From IMG/VR virus record IMGVR_UViG_3300044858_004955, positions 6,321-70,320 of that record: 64,000 bases of DNA; one strand, 5' to 3'. This document shows positions 38,159 to 46,239 of the stretch, one piece after another (the first letter of the stretch is position 1; every line of letters starts with the position of its first letter). The notes under the pieces were generated by a model that saw nothing but the letters and a program-made list of their open reading frames with translations, was not told the origin of the DNA and made no database searches. Position numbers and translations under genes: made by a program. The stretch comes from a virus.

Positions 38159-38190
38159 ATAGTATCTTTGGGAGACCTAGCGCCGGTCAA
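38159..38190 (-). promoter_or_regulatory. candidate promoter for acyl-sugar operon (leaderless)
   Basis: TTGACC-18-GATACT / TACTAT 5-7 nt before ATG. Confidence 0.55.
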
Positions 38191-38220
38191 GGGAGATTTC
38201 CGCCCAGACGGCGACAAGAC

Positions 38221-39024
38221 TTAGGAGTCTGGGAAGGCTGCCGTGGGCGCGGTGAACCCTGCCGTGTACCGAGCGACGCCGACCGTCAGTCGGAACTCGT
38301 CGCAATACCCGTCGACCTCTTGGGTGCCGTCTGCGGCGCCGGCCATGATGCTCATGTTGCCGCTTGTTCCAATCGCGCCAGCACTGACAGTAGTCAGCGT
38401 GCCTGCGGCTCCGTCCACAAATGTACGGATCGTGTTGCCGTCACGCACCATCGCAATGTGGTGCCACGTTGACGTCGATACGGTGAGGTTGGGGTCAAAG
38501 TCCAATACTTGCCAGCCGGTGCCTGTCGAGTTGCTGATATAGAGCCGCACGTCGCCGCTGACGTGCGTCAGCAACGCGCCGCCGATCCCATCGTTGCTTG
38601 AGCGGTGCGCCCACAGCGTGCGAATGCCACTCTGCAACGAGTTAAAATAGAACCATCCCTCAATAGTGAAATTACCGCTGCCGACCGCAAGACCTGCGCC
38701 GGATGCCGTTAGGTAGTCGCCAGTGCCGTCAAACGAGCCGCTGGACCCGCCAAACTTGCTTTGCGTGGTGCTGATCTGGCCGCCGCCCTGCCTCGTCACA
38801 GTCTTGGGCGACCCGCTGCTGTCGGTAAACGTTGTCGATCCGTTGCTGCCGTCCATATGCAAGAGCAGGGCCACAGCGAAAAAATCTTGGTCTGTCGCTG
38901 CCGATGTAGGCCAAGTGCCAATCCGTCGCTGGCGCTCGACCTCGGCCAGCGTCCACACGCCGCTGGCCGCCGACTCGGTCACGGTGCGGTCGAATCCGAT
39001 GTATCCGCCGCGGGGACGCGACAT
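38221..39024 (-). CDS. LamG/concanavalin A-like virion protein
   Basis: LLLHMDG..FTDSS, FTIEGW, WHHIAMVR, DEFRLTVGVARY. Confidence 0.85.
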   Translation of the reverse strand: MSRPRGGYIGFDRTVTESAASGVWTLAEVERQRRIGTWPTSAATDQDFFAVALLLHMDGSNGSTTFTDSSGSPKTVTRQGGGQISTTQSKFGGSSGSFDGTGDYLTASGAGLAVGSGNFTIEGWFYFNSLQSGIRTLWAHRSSNDGIGGALLTHVSGDVRLYISNSTGTGWQVLDFDPNLTVSTSTWHHIAMVRDGNTIRTFVDGAAGTLTTVSAGAIGTSGNMSIMAGAADGTQEVDGYCDEFRLTVGVARYTAGFTAPTAAFPDS

Positions 39025-39398
39025 CAGGAAAACTCCTGATATTCCGCGTCGAACGTGAGGTCGCCGGCTGACGACGCGAAGAGGCGTATCTCGTTTCCTT
39101 CTGGGACGGCACACGACCCGGAGTCGTCGTAGACCCGCAGCGTCGCGTCTGCGGGTACGGAAACGGTACTGACGATCGTCGTGGCGTTCGTTCCCTGAAG
39201 CCTGAGCACGGTCACGTCCGCGGCGGTCGTCCCGTCCACGTTGCAGACGTCGAGTCGCGTGATGCGCATCACGGCAGAAGACGCGGTTCCGTTCGCGAGA
39301 ACGAGCGTGGCGCTCGTGCCTGTCGAGGTTCCGATCGCACCGGAAGCGCTCTTCAGGTACACGCTCGATGCCGTTGATCCGATATTTGGCGCTGCCAT
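39024..39398 (-). CDS. virion structural protein
   Basis: MAAPNI..CNVDGT..VSVPADATL; beta-rich. Confidence 0.65.
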   Translation of the reverse strand: MAAPNIGSTASSVYLKSASGAIGTSTGTSATLVLANGTASSAVMRITRLDVCNVDGTTAADVTVLRLQGTNATTIVSTVSVPADATLRVYDDSGSCAVPEGNEIRLFASSAGDLTFDAEYQEFS

Positions 39399-39402
39399 TG
39401 GC

Positions 39403-40959
39403 TTACCTCAGAAGAAACAGGATCGCCCGCGAGCCTTCCGCCGCGCCGCCTCCGCTGCCGCCGCTGCCGCCGGCATCGATCGTCACTTGGCTGCTGGTGT
39501 TCGTCGTGATCGTGACATTGCTTCCGGCCACGAGCGATACAAGCCCGGTCCTGCCGTTGACGCTGACCACGTTCGCGACGCTCGTCAGGTCGGAGATCGC
39601 GGAGGAGACGTGTCCGTGGACGGCGGCAGCCGCCGTGATGTCGCCGACTGTCGGCAGCCTGTGAACGTGATCCTCGCGGGCTGCGTTGCCGCTAACGCCA
39701 GCGGCGGCGACCCCCAAGTCCAGCGGCGTCGCCGATCCAACTGCGATGCCGGACGTGCCGCCGGCGGCCTCGATGGTGATGCTGCCGGCGTTCGTGTTCT
39801 TGACGAACGACAATCCGGCGCCAACCGCGAGGACGTCATCGACGACGCTGTATCTCGTCGCCCACGACGCTGACGTTCCGTCCGTGGTCAGTATTCTCGT
39901 CGCGCTTGCGCCTTGGTCCGGCAGGCCACTGCTGGATGACGCGCCGATCGTAATGCTCGACCCGGAGGTCGACACTGTGATTCCGCTGCCGGCGACGATA
40001 AGCGGCATTCCGGTGATGCCATTCACGCTGACCACGTTGGCGACGCTGGTCAGATTGACGATATCGGTCGCGTTGTGGGTGTGCGTGGAGGAAGCGGCGG
40101 ACACGTCGGCCGCCACAAGCGTGACCGTGCCCGTCCGGCCGTTCACGCTGCTGACTGGGCCATATTTGGCGGCTTCTGTCGCAAAGTCCGTGATGTTCGC
40201 GACAACGTGCGTGTGGCTGGCCGAGGCCGCCGAGACGTCCGAGGCCACGAGCGTGACCGTGCCCGTCCGGCCGTTCACGCTGCTGACTGGGCCATATTTG
40301 GCGGCTTCTGTCGCAAAGTCCGTGATGTTCGCGACAACGTGCGTGTGGCTGGCCGAGGCCGCCGAGACGTCCGATGCCACAAGCGTGACCGTGCCAGTCC
40401 GGCCGTTCACGCTGGACACTCGTCCGAGGTTCGCTGTGTTGAGGTCCGTAATGTCCGCGACCGTCAGCGTGACAGTGCCGGTTCGTCCCGCCACACTGCT
40501 CACCGACTGATTCGACCGGACGCCGGTGGCAAAGTCCGTGATGTTCGCCACAACGTGCGTATGGCTGGCCGAGGCGGCCGAGACATCGGAGGCCACAAGC
40601 GTGACCGTACCCGTCCGGCCGTTGACGCTGCTCACCGACTGGTTCGACCGGACGCCCGTGGCAAAGTCCGTGATGTTCGCCACAACGTGCGTATGGCTGG
40701 CCGAGGCGGCCGAGACATCGGAGGCCGCGAGAGTGACCGCGCCCGTCCGGCCGTTCACGCTCTGCACGGGGACGTCTCGTCCGATGACCGTGAAGACGCC
40801 AGACGACGTCGTGACCGTGATATTCGCACCGGCCGTGACCTGAAGTACGGTCAGCGGAGAAAAAGCGAGCGTGCCGCCGATGGCGACGTTCACGCCGTCG
40901 TTGTTCCCGATCGTCGCCGAGATTCCCGTTGAGCCGACGACGGTGACGTTGATGCTCAT
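39403..40959 (-). CDS. repeat-rich tail fibre-like protein
   Basis: Multiple 44-aa SVNGRTG..HTH units; Ser/Thr/Val-rich. Confidence 0.8.
   Translation of the reverse strand: MSINVTVVGSTGISATIGNNDGVNVAIGGTLAFSPLTVLQVTAGANITVTTSSGVFTVIGRDVPVQSVNGRTGAVTLAASDVSAASASHTHVVANITDFATGVRSNQSVSSVNGRTGTVTLVASDVSAASASHTHVVANITDFATGVRSNQSVSSVAGRTGTVTLTVADITDLNTANLGRVSSVNGRTGTVTLVASDVSAASASHTHVVANITDFATEAAKYGPVSSVNGRTGTVTLVASDVSAASASHTHVVANITDFATEAAKYGPVSSVNGRTGTVTLVAADVSAASSTHTHNATDIVNLTSVANVVSVNGITGMPLIVAGSGITVSTSGSSITIGASSSSGLPDQGASATRILTTDGTSASWATRYSVVDDVLAVGAGLSFVKNTNAGSITIEAAGGTSGIAVGSATPLDLGVAAAGVSGNAAREDHVHRLPTVGDITAAAAVHGHVSSAISDLTSVANVVSVNGRTGLVSLVAGSNVTITTNTSSQVTIDAGGSGGSGGGAAEGSRAILFLLR
40075..40765. 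repeat. 132-bp tandem coding repeats
   Basis: Near-identical units, e.g. at 40120 and 40252. Confidence 0.85.
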
Positions 40960-41324
40960 GGATTCGCCACCGTGACGGTCCCCGACAGGACCGTTCTCGT
41001 GAAGAGCGCGCTGTCCACCCACCGCATGTACCAGCGGTAGGCGATCGCCGGCGAGAGCGCGGCGGTCTGCTGCTCGGAGAGTCCGATCGTGATCTGGCCC
41101 GCAGCGAGATTCGTGTTCGAGATGGCGAACGTGGCCGCCGTCTCGCCGATGCCTGTCACGAACCCGGTGCCGCCGCCGCCCGAGGCGTAGACGGCGGTGA
41201 CGTAGACGGCCGTCGTGATCGTGTACCCGGTGAGGTCGCGGTCGAAGTCTAGCGCGATGGCGACTTCATCTCCGGCCACAAAGGTGATGTCGAGGGTACC
41301 CGGCGTTTGCGCGAAAGTAGCCAT
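40956..41324 (-). CDS. BppU-N-like fibre adaptor protein
   Basis: FVAGD..DLTGYT..YRWYM..TVLSG; TAAAAT 6 nt before ATG. Confidence 0.65.
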   Translation of the reverse strand: MATFAQTPGTLDITFVAGDEVAIALDFDRDLTGYTITTAVYVTAVYASGGGGTGFVTGIGETAATFAISNTNLAAGQITIGLSEQQTAALSPAIAYRWYMRWVDSALFTRTVLSGTVTVANP

Positions 41325-41369
41325 TAGTCCATTTTAGCCTTTCTGCGGGCGTTCTTGATCGCTCGGCGC

Positions 41370-41828
41370 TCAGGCCGAAAACGAGCGCGCCTTGTCCTTC
41401 AGCCCTTGGTTCGTCAGCGGACTTTCGTAGATGGCCCTAGCAAGCACAGCGACATCTTGCTCGGTGATGTCGTATGGAAGAATCGATTGCATCGCCCAAT
41501 TCGCGGCCCGCTCGATGATCTTGGACGCGGCCTCGCCGATGGAATCAAGGGCAGCGGCACGCTTCTTGCAACCGCAGTCCTTGACTCCGGTGACGCGAGA
41601 AACCCACTCCGCGCTTACCCCCACGCTTGACAGCCCTTTCGCGATCGCTGACCCAATGTGAAGCGGAGGAACCTTTGCCCTGTTTTTTGCCCACGCCTCC
41701 AGATGCGCGCGAGCCATCTCCTCGATCGTCTGGCATTCTCGAAAATGCGGCAGTTTGCTTGCCACGAATCCGCAGCGATGACATCGCGACCGATCGCCGT
41801 CAAACTCGCATAACATGACAACACTCAC
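41370..41828 (-). CDS. Cys-rich hypothetical tail protein
   Basis: CHRCG, KDCGCKKRAAALD. Confidence 0.6.
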   Translation of the reverse strand: MSVVMLCEFDGDRSRCHRCGFVASKLPHFRECQTIEEMARAHLEAWAKNRAKVPPLHIGSAIAKGLSSVGVSAEWVSRVTGVKDCGCKKRAAALDSIGEAASKIIERAANWAMQSILPYDITEQDVAVLARAIYESPLTNQGLKDKARSFSA

Positions 41829-44380
41829 AGCGGGAAAGTCGGCGAACCAACCGTTGAGCGTCGCAGCGTGCGCGTTACCGAAAAGGCGCCGCAGGTGACC
41901 ATGATCTCCATTTGGTCACCAGAGATCCACGTCTCTTTGGCAATTACGCTCACCAGACCGTCAGTGATAGTCACGCTTGCCAATTCGCTCCCTGACAATA
42001 CAGTGACGTCTACTTCGCACCCGTCGCATGGAACTGTCGTAAGTTGCGGGATTTGATCACACGCCACTCCCCCACGCACAAACTGAGTCACAGCGCCTTT
42101 TGTAAAAATGACACTGAACTTCTGGCATTGCCCCACCACGAAGCGGGTCGTGATGAAGTATTGCGAATACTGCGCTCCGTAACTCGTTCCCGGCTGAAAA
42201 TAGGACGGCAGCAGTACTAATAGCGTGCTGATGTCGCATGAGTTGTCTTGTAGCACTGATGACGTGCCAGTGAAAACTTGTGTGTCGCCGTAACGGTCAA
42301 AAAACAATGTTCTTGAAACCGCCAACGGTGAACCCGCTACATTTATCGTTCTGGAAACCACTTGCTCACCGATAAGATGCTCGTTAAATAAACTTACGTC
42401 CGCATTAAGGATGGCCCCGGGCGCAATCGGCTGCCCATCTGCATCTTGGCATGTGCGATTGAGTACGATTCCCTGCTTTGGAACCGTAGCGGAATCCCAA
42501 TCGCTGCATATAAAGCGTTTTCTGCTGTAGTAGGGAACGGTGCCGTTTATATTTGTGCTCGTTATTGAACCGCTTGGCGCTGGCAGGTAGTCGACTACTT
42601 CTGGTTGCCTTCCGCTGCCGTTAGGGAAAGTTTTTACGACATACACCCTAGTGGCGTCCCCAGTCCACCCTAACTGCAATTCTACTTCATGCGTTAGTTC
42701 TAGGTTTCCTTGGTCGCCGCACGGCACCGGAGCGCTTGCGTAGACGAGTACCGACACGTTCGGGCCGCTGTTTTGCAGGTTTGATCCACCACCGCAATCA
42801 ATAAAACCACTTCTCCCAAATTGAAGGCCGCCTCCAGAAAACGCCAGCACACGCTTGCCGTTTTTAATTTGAAACCCCCGCCTGATCATTGCCACTGAGA
42901 AACTAAATGACTCTTGTAAAGGCTCGGCTTCGTAGTCGTCGCATGTTCCGTCAATAACACTCCACGACACCGAGGCTTCGACGCTGACAGAAAAAAGCGG
43001 ATCGGGGCCAACGCATGGGTCGCTGAGTGGTGGCGCCCCAGTATCCTCAAAAAACGACGTTCCAGCAGGACAGTCACCAACGATTGCCCGCTCGTATAGC
43101 AGGTCGTTTTCGCTCCCATTGAGACTATACGTCCAGTCGCCTGCTTGGTTGTTTGGGCCTACACCAGTAAACGAGTGCCGATACGCGCCGTGCTCCAGCC
43201 TCCACAGAAGCGTCCGACCGGGCCAAAAAGCAGCCGTTCCGACGCCGCCTCCGGCGATCAAGATTCCTCTCCGGTAATAAAACAATGGCCCCCAGCCGTC
43301 GCTGCAATCTCGAAAGGAATTATCGAAACCACCGCGTGCGCGCATGGTCAGGACGCTGTCGCCACACCACACAGGCTGAGTAGATGACCACGAGTTGGGG
43401 ACGGTCACGTAGATTTGTTCTGGGTACAAGCCGATCGCGACGCCGACTCCGAAATCCTCGGTTTGGCAAAGCACGCTTGGCGGCATCAGGCTCAGGTCGG
43501 CCTGATATGGACCGCCGGTCTCGTTAACCGGCAAGATGGTGACTCGGATGTTGTAGTCGCCCGCCACGAAATCATTAGCCGTCTGCTCGTTCAAAACAAC
43601 GCGGGGGGCAACGCCAAATCTGCTTCTTTGGCCGCCACCACCACAGATTTCTTGTTGCCCAAATTGCAGCGCCAGTGCGTGTTGGGTGATTGTGCCTCCA
43701 CTTGTTTTGGAAACAGTCCATCCGGTCACGCTGCCGCCAGCAATCAGCGTCGCTTGGCGAACCGAGGAACCCAAAGGCATCCACCGCTGAAGGCCCGCAT
43801 ACGAAAGCGAAACAGGCACCTGATGCGTTGCGGCGCTTGGGCCTTGGCTGACGCTGACGATCAGTTTTACTTGGCCGTATTCGTCAGTTCCCAGCACTGT
43901 CTGAACGCCTGCTTCCTCGTCTGTTTGAACGCCGGTAACGCTCAACTGCACCTCCAAGAACCACGGAGGCCCGATGACATCGTATATAGAAGTATCGGCG
44001 ACGGCTGATCTGTTGAATCTCCACAACTGCGTCCTCGTTTGGCCGACTGGAGTTCTGGACGCGCCTGATGCCGACAGTGATATCGCAATCGTTGCGTCGA
44101 AAGCAGCCGCTAGTCGGTAAACACTAAAACCTCCTGCTTCCCACATGGAGCCTTGGAGTGTGTTTGTGGAATCGCCCGTTGCGACGTTACAGTCCCACCC
44201 GTTGGGCGGAGACGTGTCCACTAACGCAACGCGCATGCAGCGGTTAAGGGTGACACGAAAAGCGCATGGGTCGCCTTGGCAACACGGCGAGCACGCTCCG
44301 AACAAGAAACCGAGCGGGTACATACTGGCGGCTATGAGCCAGATTGCACAGGTGACGAATGAGAGTGGATCGTCAATCAT
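41825..44380 (-). CDS. large Cys-rich tail tip / receptor-binding candidate
   Basis: 851 aa, GACSPCC N-terminus, markedly lower GC, downstream of TMP. Confidence 0.65.
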   Translation of the reverse strand: MIDDPLSFVTCAIWLIAASMYPLGFLFGACSPCCQGDPCAFRVTLNRCMRVALVDTSPPNGWDCNVATGDSTNTLQGSMWEAGGFSVYRLAAAFDATIAISLSASGASRTPVGQTRTQLWRFNRSAVADTSIYDVIGPPWFLEVQLSVTGVQTDEEAGVQTVLGTDEYGQVKLIVSVSQGPSAATHQVPVSLSYAGLQRWMPLGSSVRQATLIAGGSVTGWTVSKTSGGTITQHALALQFGQQEICGGGGQRSRFGVAPRVVLNEQTANDFVAGDYNIRVTILPVNETGGPYQADLSLMPPSVLCQTEDFGVGVAIGLYPEQIYVTVPNSWSSTQPVWCGDSVLTMRARGGFDNSFRDCSDGWGPLFYYRRGILIAGGGVGTAAFWPGRTLLWRLEHGAYRHSFTGVGPNNQAGDWTYSLNGSENDLLYERAIVGDCPAGTSFFEDTGAPPLSDPCVGPDPLFSVSVEASVSWSVIDGTCDDYEAEPLQESFSFSVAMIRRGFQIKNGKRVLAFSGGGLQFGRSGFIDCGGGSNLQNSGPNVSVLVYASAPVPCGDQGNLELTHEVELQLGWTGDATRVYVVKTFPNGSGRQPEVVDYLPAPSGSITSTNINGTVPYYSRKRFICSDWDSATVPKQGIVLNRTCQDADGQPIAPGAILNADVSLFNEHLIGEQVVSRTINVAGSPLAVSRTLFFDRYGDTQVFTGTSSVLQDNSCDISTLLVLLPSYFQPGTSYGAQYSQYFITTRFVVGQCQKFSVIFTKGAVTQFVRGGVACDQIPQLTTVPCDGCEVDVTVLSGSELASVTITDGLVSVIAKETWISGDQMEIMVTCGAFSVTRTLRRSTVGSPTFPL

Positions 44381-44727
44381 GTTGCCGTGCTGCACACTGC
44401 CGCAATGAGGAACCACGCCGTGCCTTCGCGTGCGATGGCGCAGTCGCCGATGCTCGCAGGCGCCGGGACTGCGGCGAACAGGTTCAACGCATTGACCGTA
44501 TTCGTCGCCCCCGGCAGATACTTCAACTGCACATTCTTCACCGCCCCGATCGCCCACGACCCGGTGAATGTGCAAATCCGAAACACCTTCGCCGACCGCG
44601 GCTCCTCGCCCTCGAGGATGACCTGAGTGCGCCGGAAACCTGAGCCGATAGGTTCCCCATCGACGCGGTCGATGGTGCGTCGTATCTGCGAGAGCAGGTT
44701 CGGGCCAAGGAGGAAGCCTTCGGCCAT
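44377..44727 (-). CDS. hypothetical tail protein
   Basis: Coupled in tail operon. Confidence 0.65.
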   Translation of the reverse strand: MAEGFLLGPNLLSQIRRTIDRVDGEPIGSGFRRTQVILEGEEPRSAKVFRICTFTGSWAIGAVKNVQLKYLPGATNTVNALNLFAAVPAPASIGDCAIAREGTAWFLIAAVCSTAT

Positions 44728-44728
44728 G

Positions 44729-45856
44729 TTAGGTGAGCCTCAAGCCGAAGTTGCTGAAGTCGTAATCGTCTTGGACTTGATACGTGTAGACCAGAACTGG
44801 CGGAGTTCGAAAAGGAAATCGCGGAGTGCCATCTGGGTTCAGTGCAATCGGCAGGGCGCACGGACGCTGCGTCGGCTTTGCCCCCTCGCCGATCAAGATC
44901 ATGCCGCGGACCTTACTGCCTTCGGTATTTTCGACTATTGAGATGTTGTCGGGCCACCCTTCGATCTCTGTGGCAATGCCGCCTTCGCTTTCCTTTTTCT
45001 TTAGCGCAAGCGAGCCTGCCCAGACGTCGCTTGCCGCGGCGGCTCCAATTGATCCGTAGTTCTTATTGATGATGTTTATGCCCTCGACAATCTGAGCATG
45101 ATCCCATCCAAGTGCTACGGGGCTTGAGTTTGGATTGTTGTCAAGATGTATCAAATTGCGTTTGAACACAAACTCGTAGGACGCTTTCCATCCTCTGTAC
45201 AGAACGGACCCCCACTGCTCAAGTGCGGGCTGAGTAGACACACCGCGAAACATAACGGTATGCCTTGGGCACGTTAAAGTGCCTATAACAAACTCCGCGC
45301 TATTTATATATCCAACCAAGTTGCTGTGCCGTGTTGGATCGATTAGTTCAAATTGCTCAATAGTGATTGTGCTGATTGGGACCAACTTCGTCACACCCTC
45401 GTACCTGTCGCCCGCTGGGTTCACAGGCGCGCGCCAATCTGGCCCGCCACCGATGACTTGATTCACTGCATCGCCGAACGGCTTCCACTCGAACGCCGGA
45501 GCCTCCGTGAGCGTCGTGGAGATCGACCAGTTCGCCGGCCGGATGTCCGGCGAGAACTGCCCCGGGTCTTGGCCGGCGTCACCGCCTCCCGGGGTCGTCC
45601 GGTAGTTGAACGTCGCGACGATCACCATCCGGCTGTCGCCGTCGTACTGGGCCGAGTAGGACGCGCAGTAGAGGCCGGACTCGGAAGGGTGCTCTTGGCC
45701 GATCTGGACGCCGCAGGTCGCGGAGACGTTGATGTACTCGCTGACGTCGGACTTGATGATCCTGAAGACCCGCGTCGTCGAGGAAGCGATCTGCCCCTCT
45801 TCCGACGAGAAGTCGTACTGGACGCCTGCGTAGACCTCTTTCGTCATCTTCGGCAT
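44729..45856 (-). CDS. minor tail protein (distal-tail position)
   Basis: Second gene after TMP; GQEHP, NPAGD. Confidence 0.65.
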   Translation of the reverse strand: MPKMTKEVYAGVQYDFSSEEGQIASSTTRVFRIIKSDVSEYINVSATCGVQIGQEHPSESGLYCASYSAQYDGDSRMVIVATFNYRTTPGGGDAGQDPGQFSPDIRPANWSISTTLTEAPAFEWKPFGDAVNQVIGGGPDWRAPVNPAGDRYEGVTKLVPISTITIEQFELIDPTRHSNLVGYINSAEFVIGTLTCPRHTVMFRGVSTQPALEQWGSVLYRGWKASYEFVFKRNLIHLDNNPNSSPVALGWDHAQIVEGINIINKNYGSIGAAAASDVWAGSLALKKKESEGGIATEIEGWPDNISIVENTEGSKVRGMILIGEGAKPTQRPCALPIALNPDGTPRFPFRTPPVLVYTYQVQDDYDFSNFGLRLT

Positions 45857-45859
45857 GGA

Positions 45860-46228
45860 TCAGCCCTCTGTGATGTCCACGCGGAGGCGGGCGCCGGAGA
45901 CGCCGATCGCGACGTACTCTGTGCCGCTCGTCATCCTCGTGATCGCCGGCTCACCGCCCCGGAGCGTCGCGAACCCGACGAACGAGCCGCCGGCCTCGAT
46001 GCCGATCTGCACGGTTGACGCAGAAGACGTCGCGAGGTTCCGCAGGAACGCCATGCCGACCGTCGACAGGTTCGCTGTTGAGATGCTCGTCGCATTCGTC
46101 GTGAGGTCGTAGACGACGCTCTTGTAACCGGCCTTCGACATCGAGGCGGTGATCTGGCTGATCTGAATCTGGTTCGACAGGTTGTCCTTGTCGACCTTGA
46201 GCGTCATGGAGTAGGTGATGTCTGCCAT
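45860..46228 (-). CDS. hypothetical tail protein
   Basis: AAGGA RBS, beta-rich, follows TMP. Confidence 0.65.
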   Translation of the reverse strand: MADITYSMTLKVDKDNLSNQIQISQITASMSKAGYKSVVYDLTTNATSISTANLSTVGMAFLRNLATSSASTVQIGIEAGGSFVGFATLRGGEPAITRMTSGTEYVAIGVSGARLRVDITEG

Positions 46229-46239
46229 CGGTGGGTTCC

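Noticed and set aside
30840-40765. Fibre repeats as a diversity-generating retroelement TR/VR pair
   Set aside because: Both copies are in-frame coding repeats, differences are not adenine-specific and there is no reverse transcriptase
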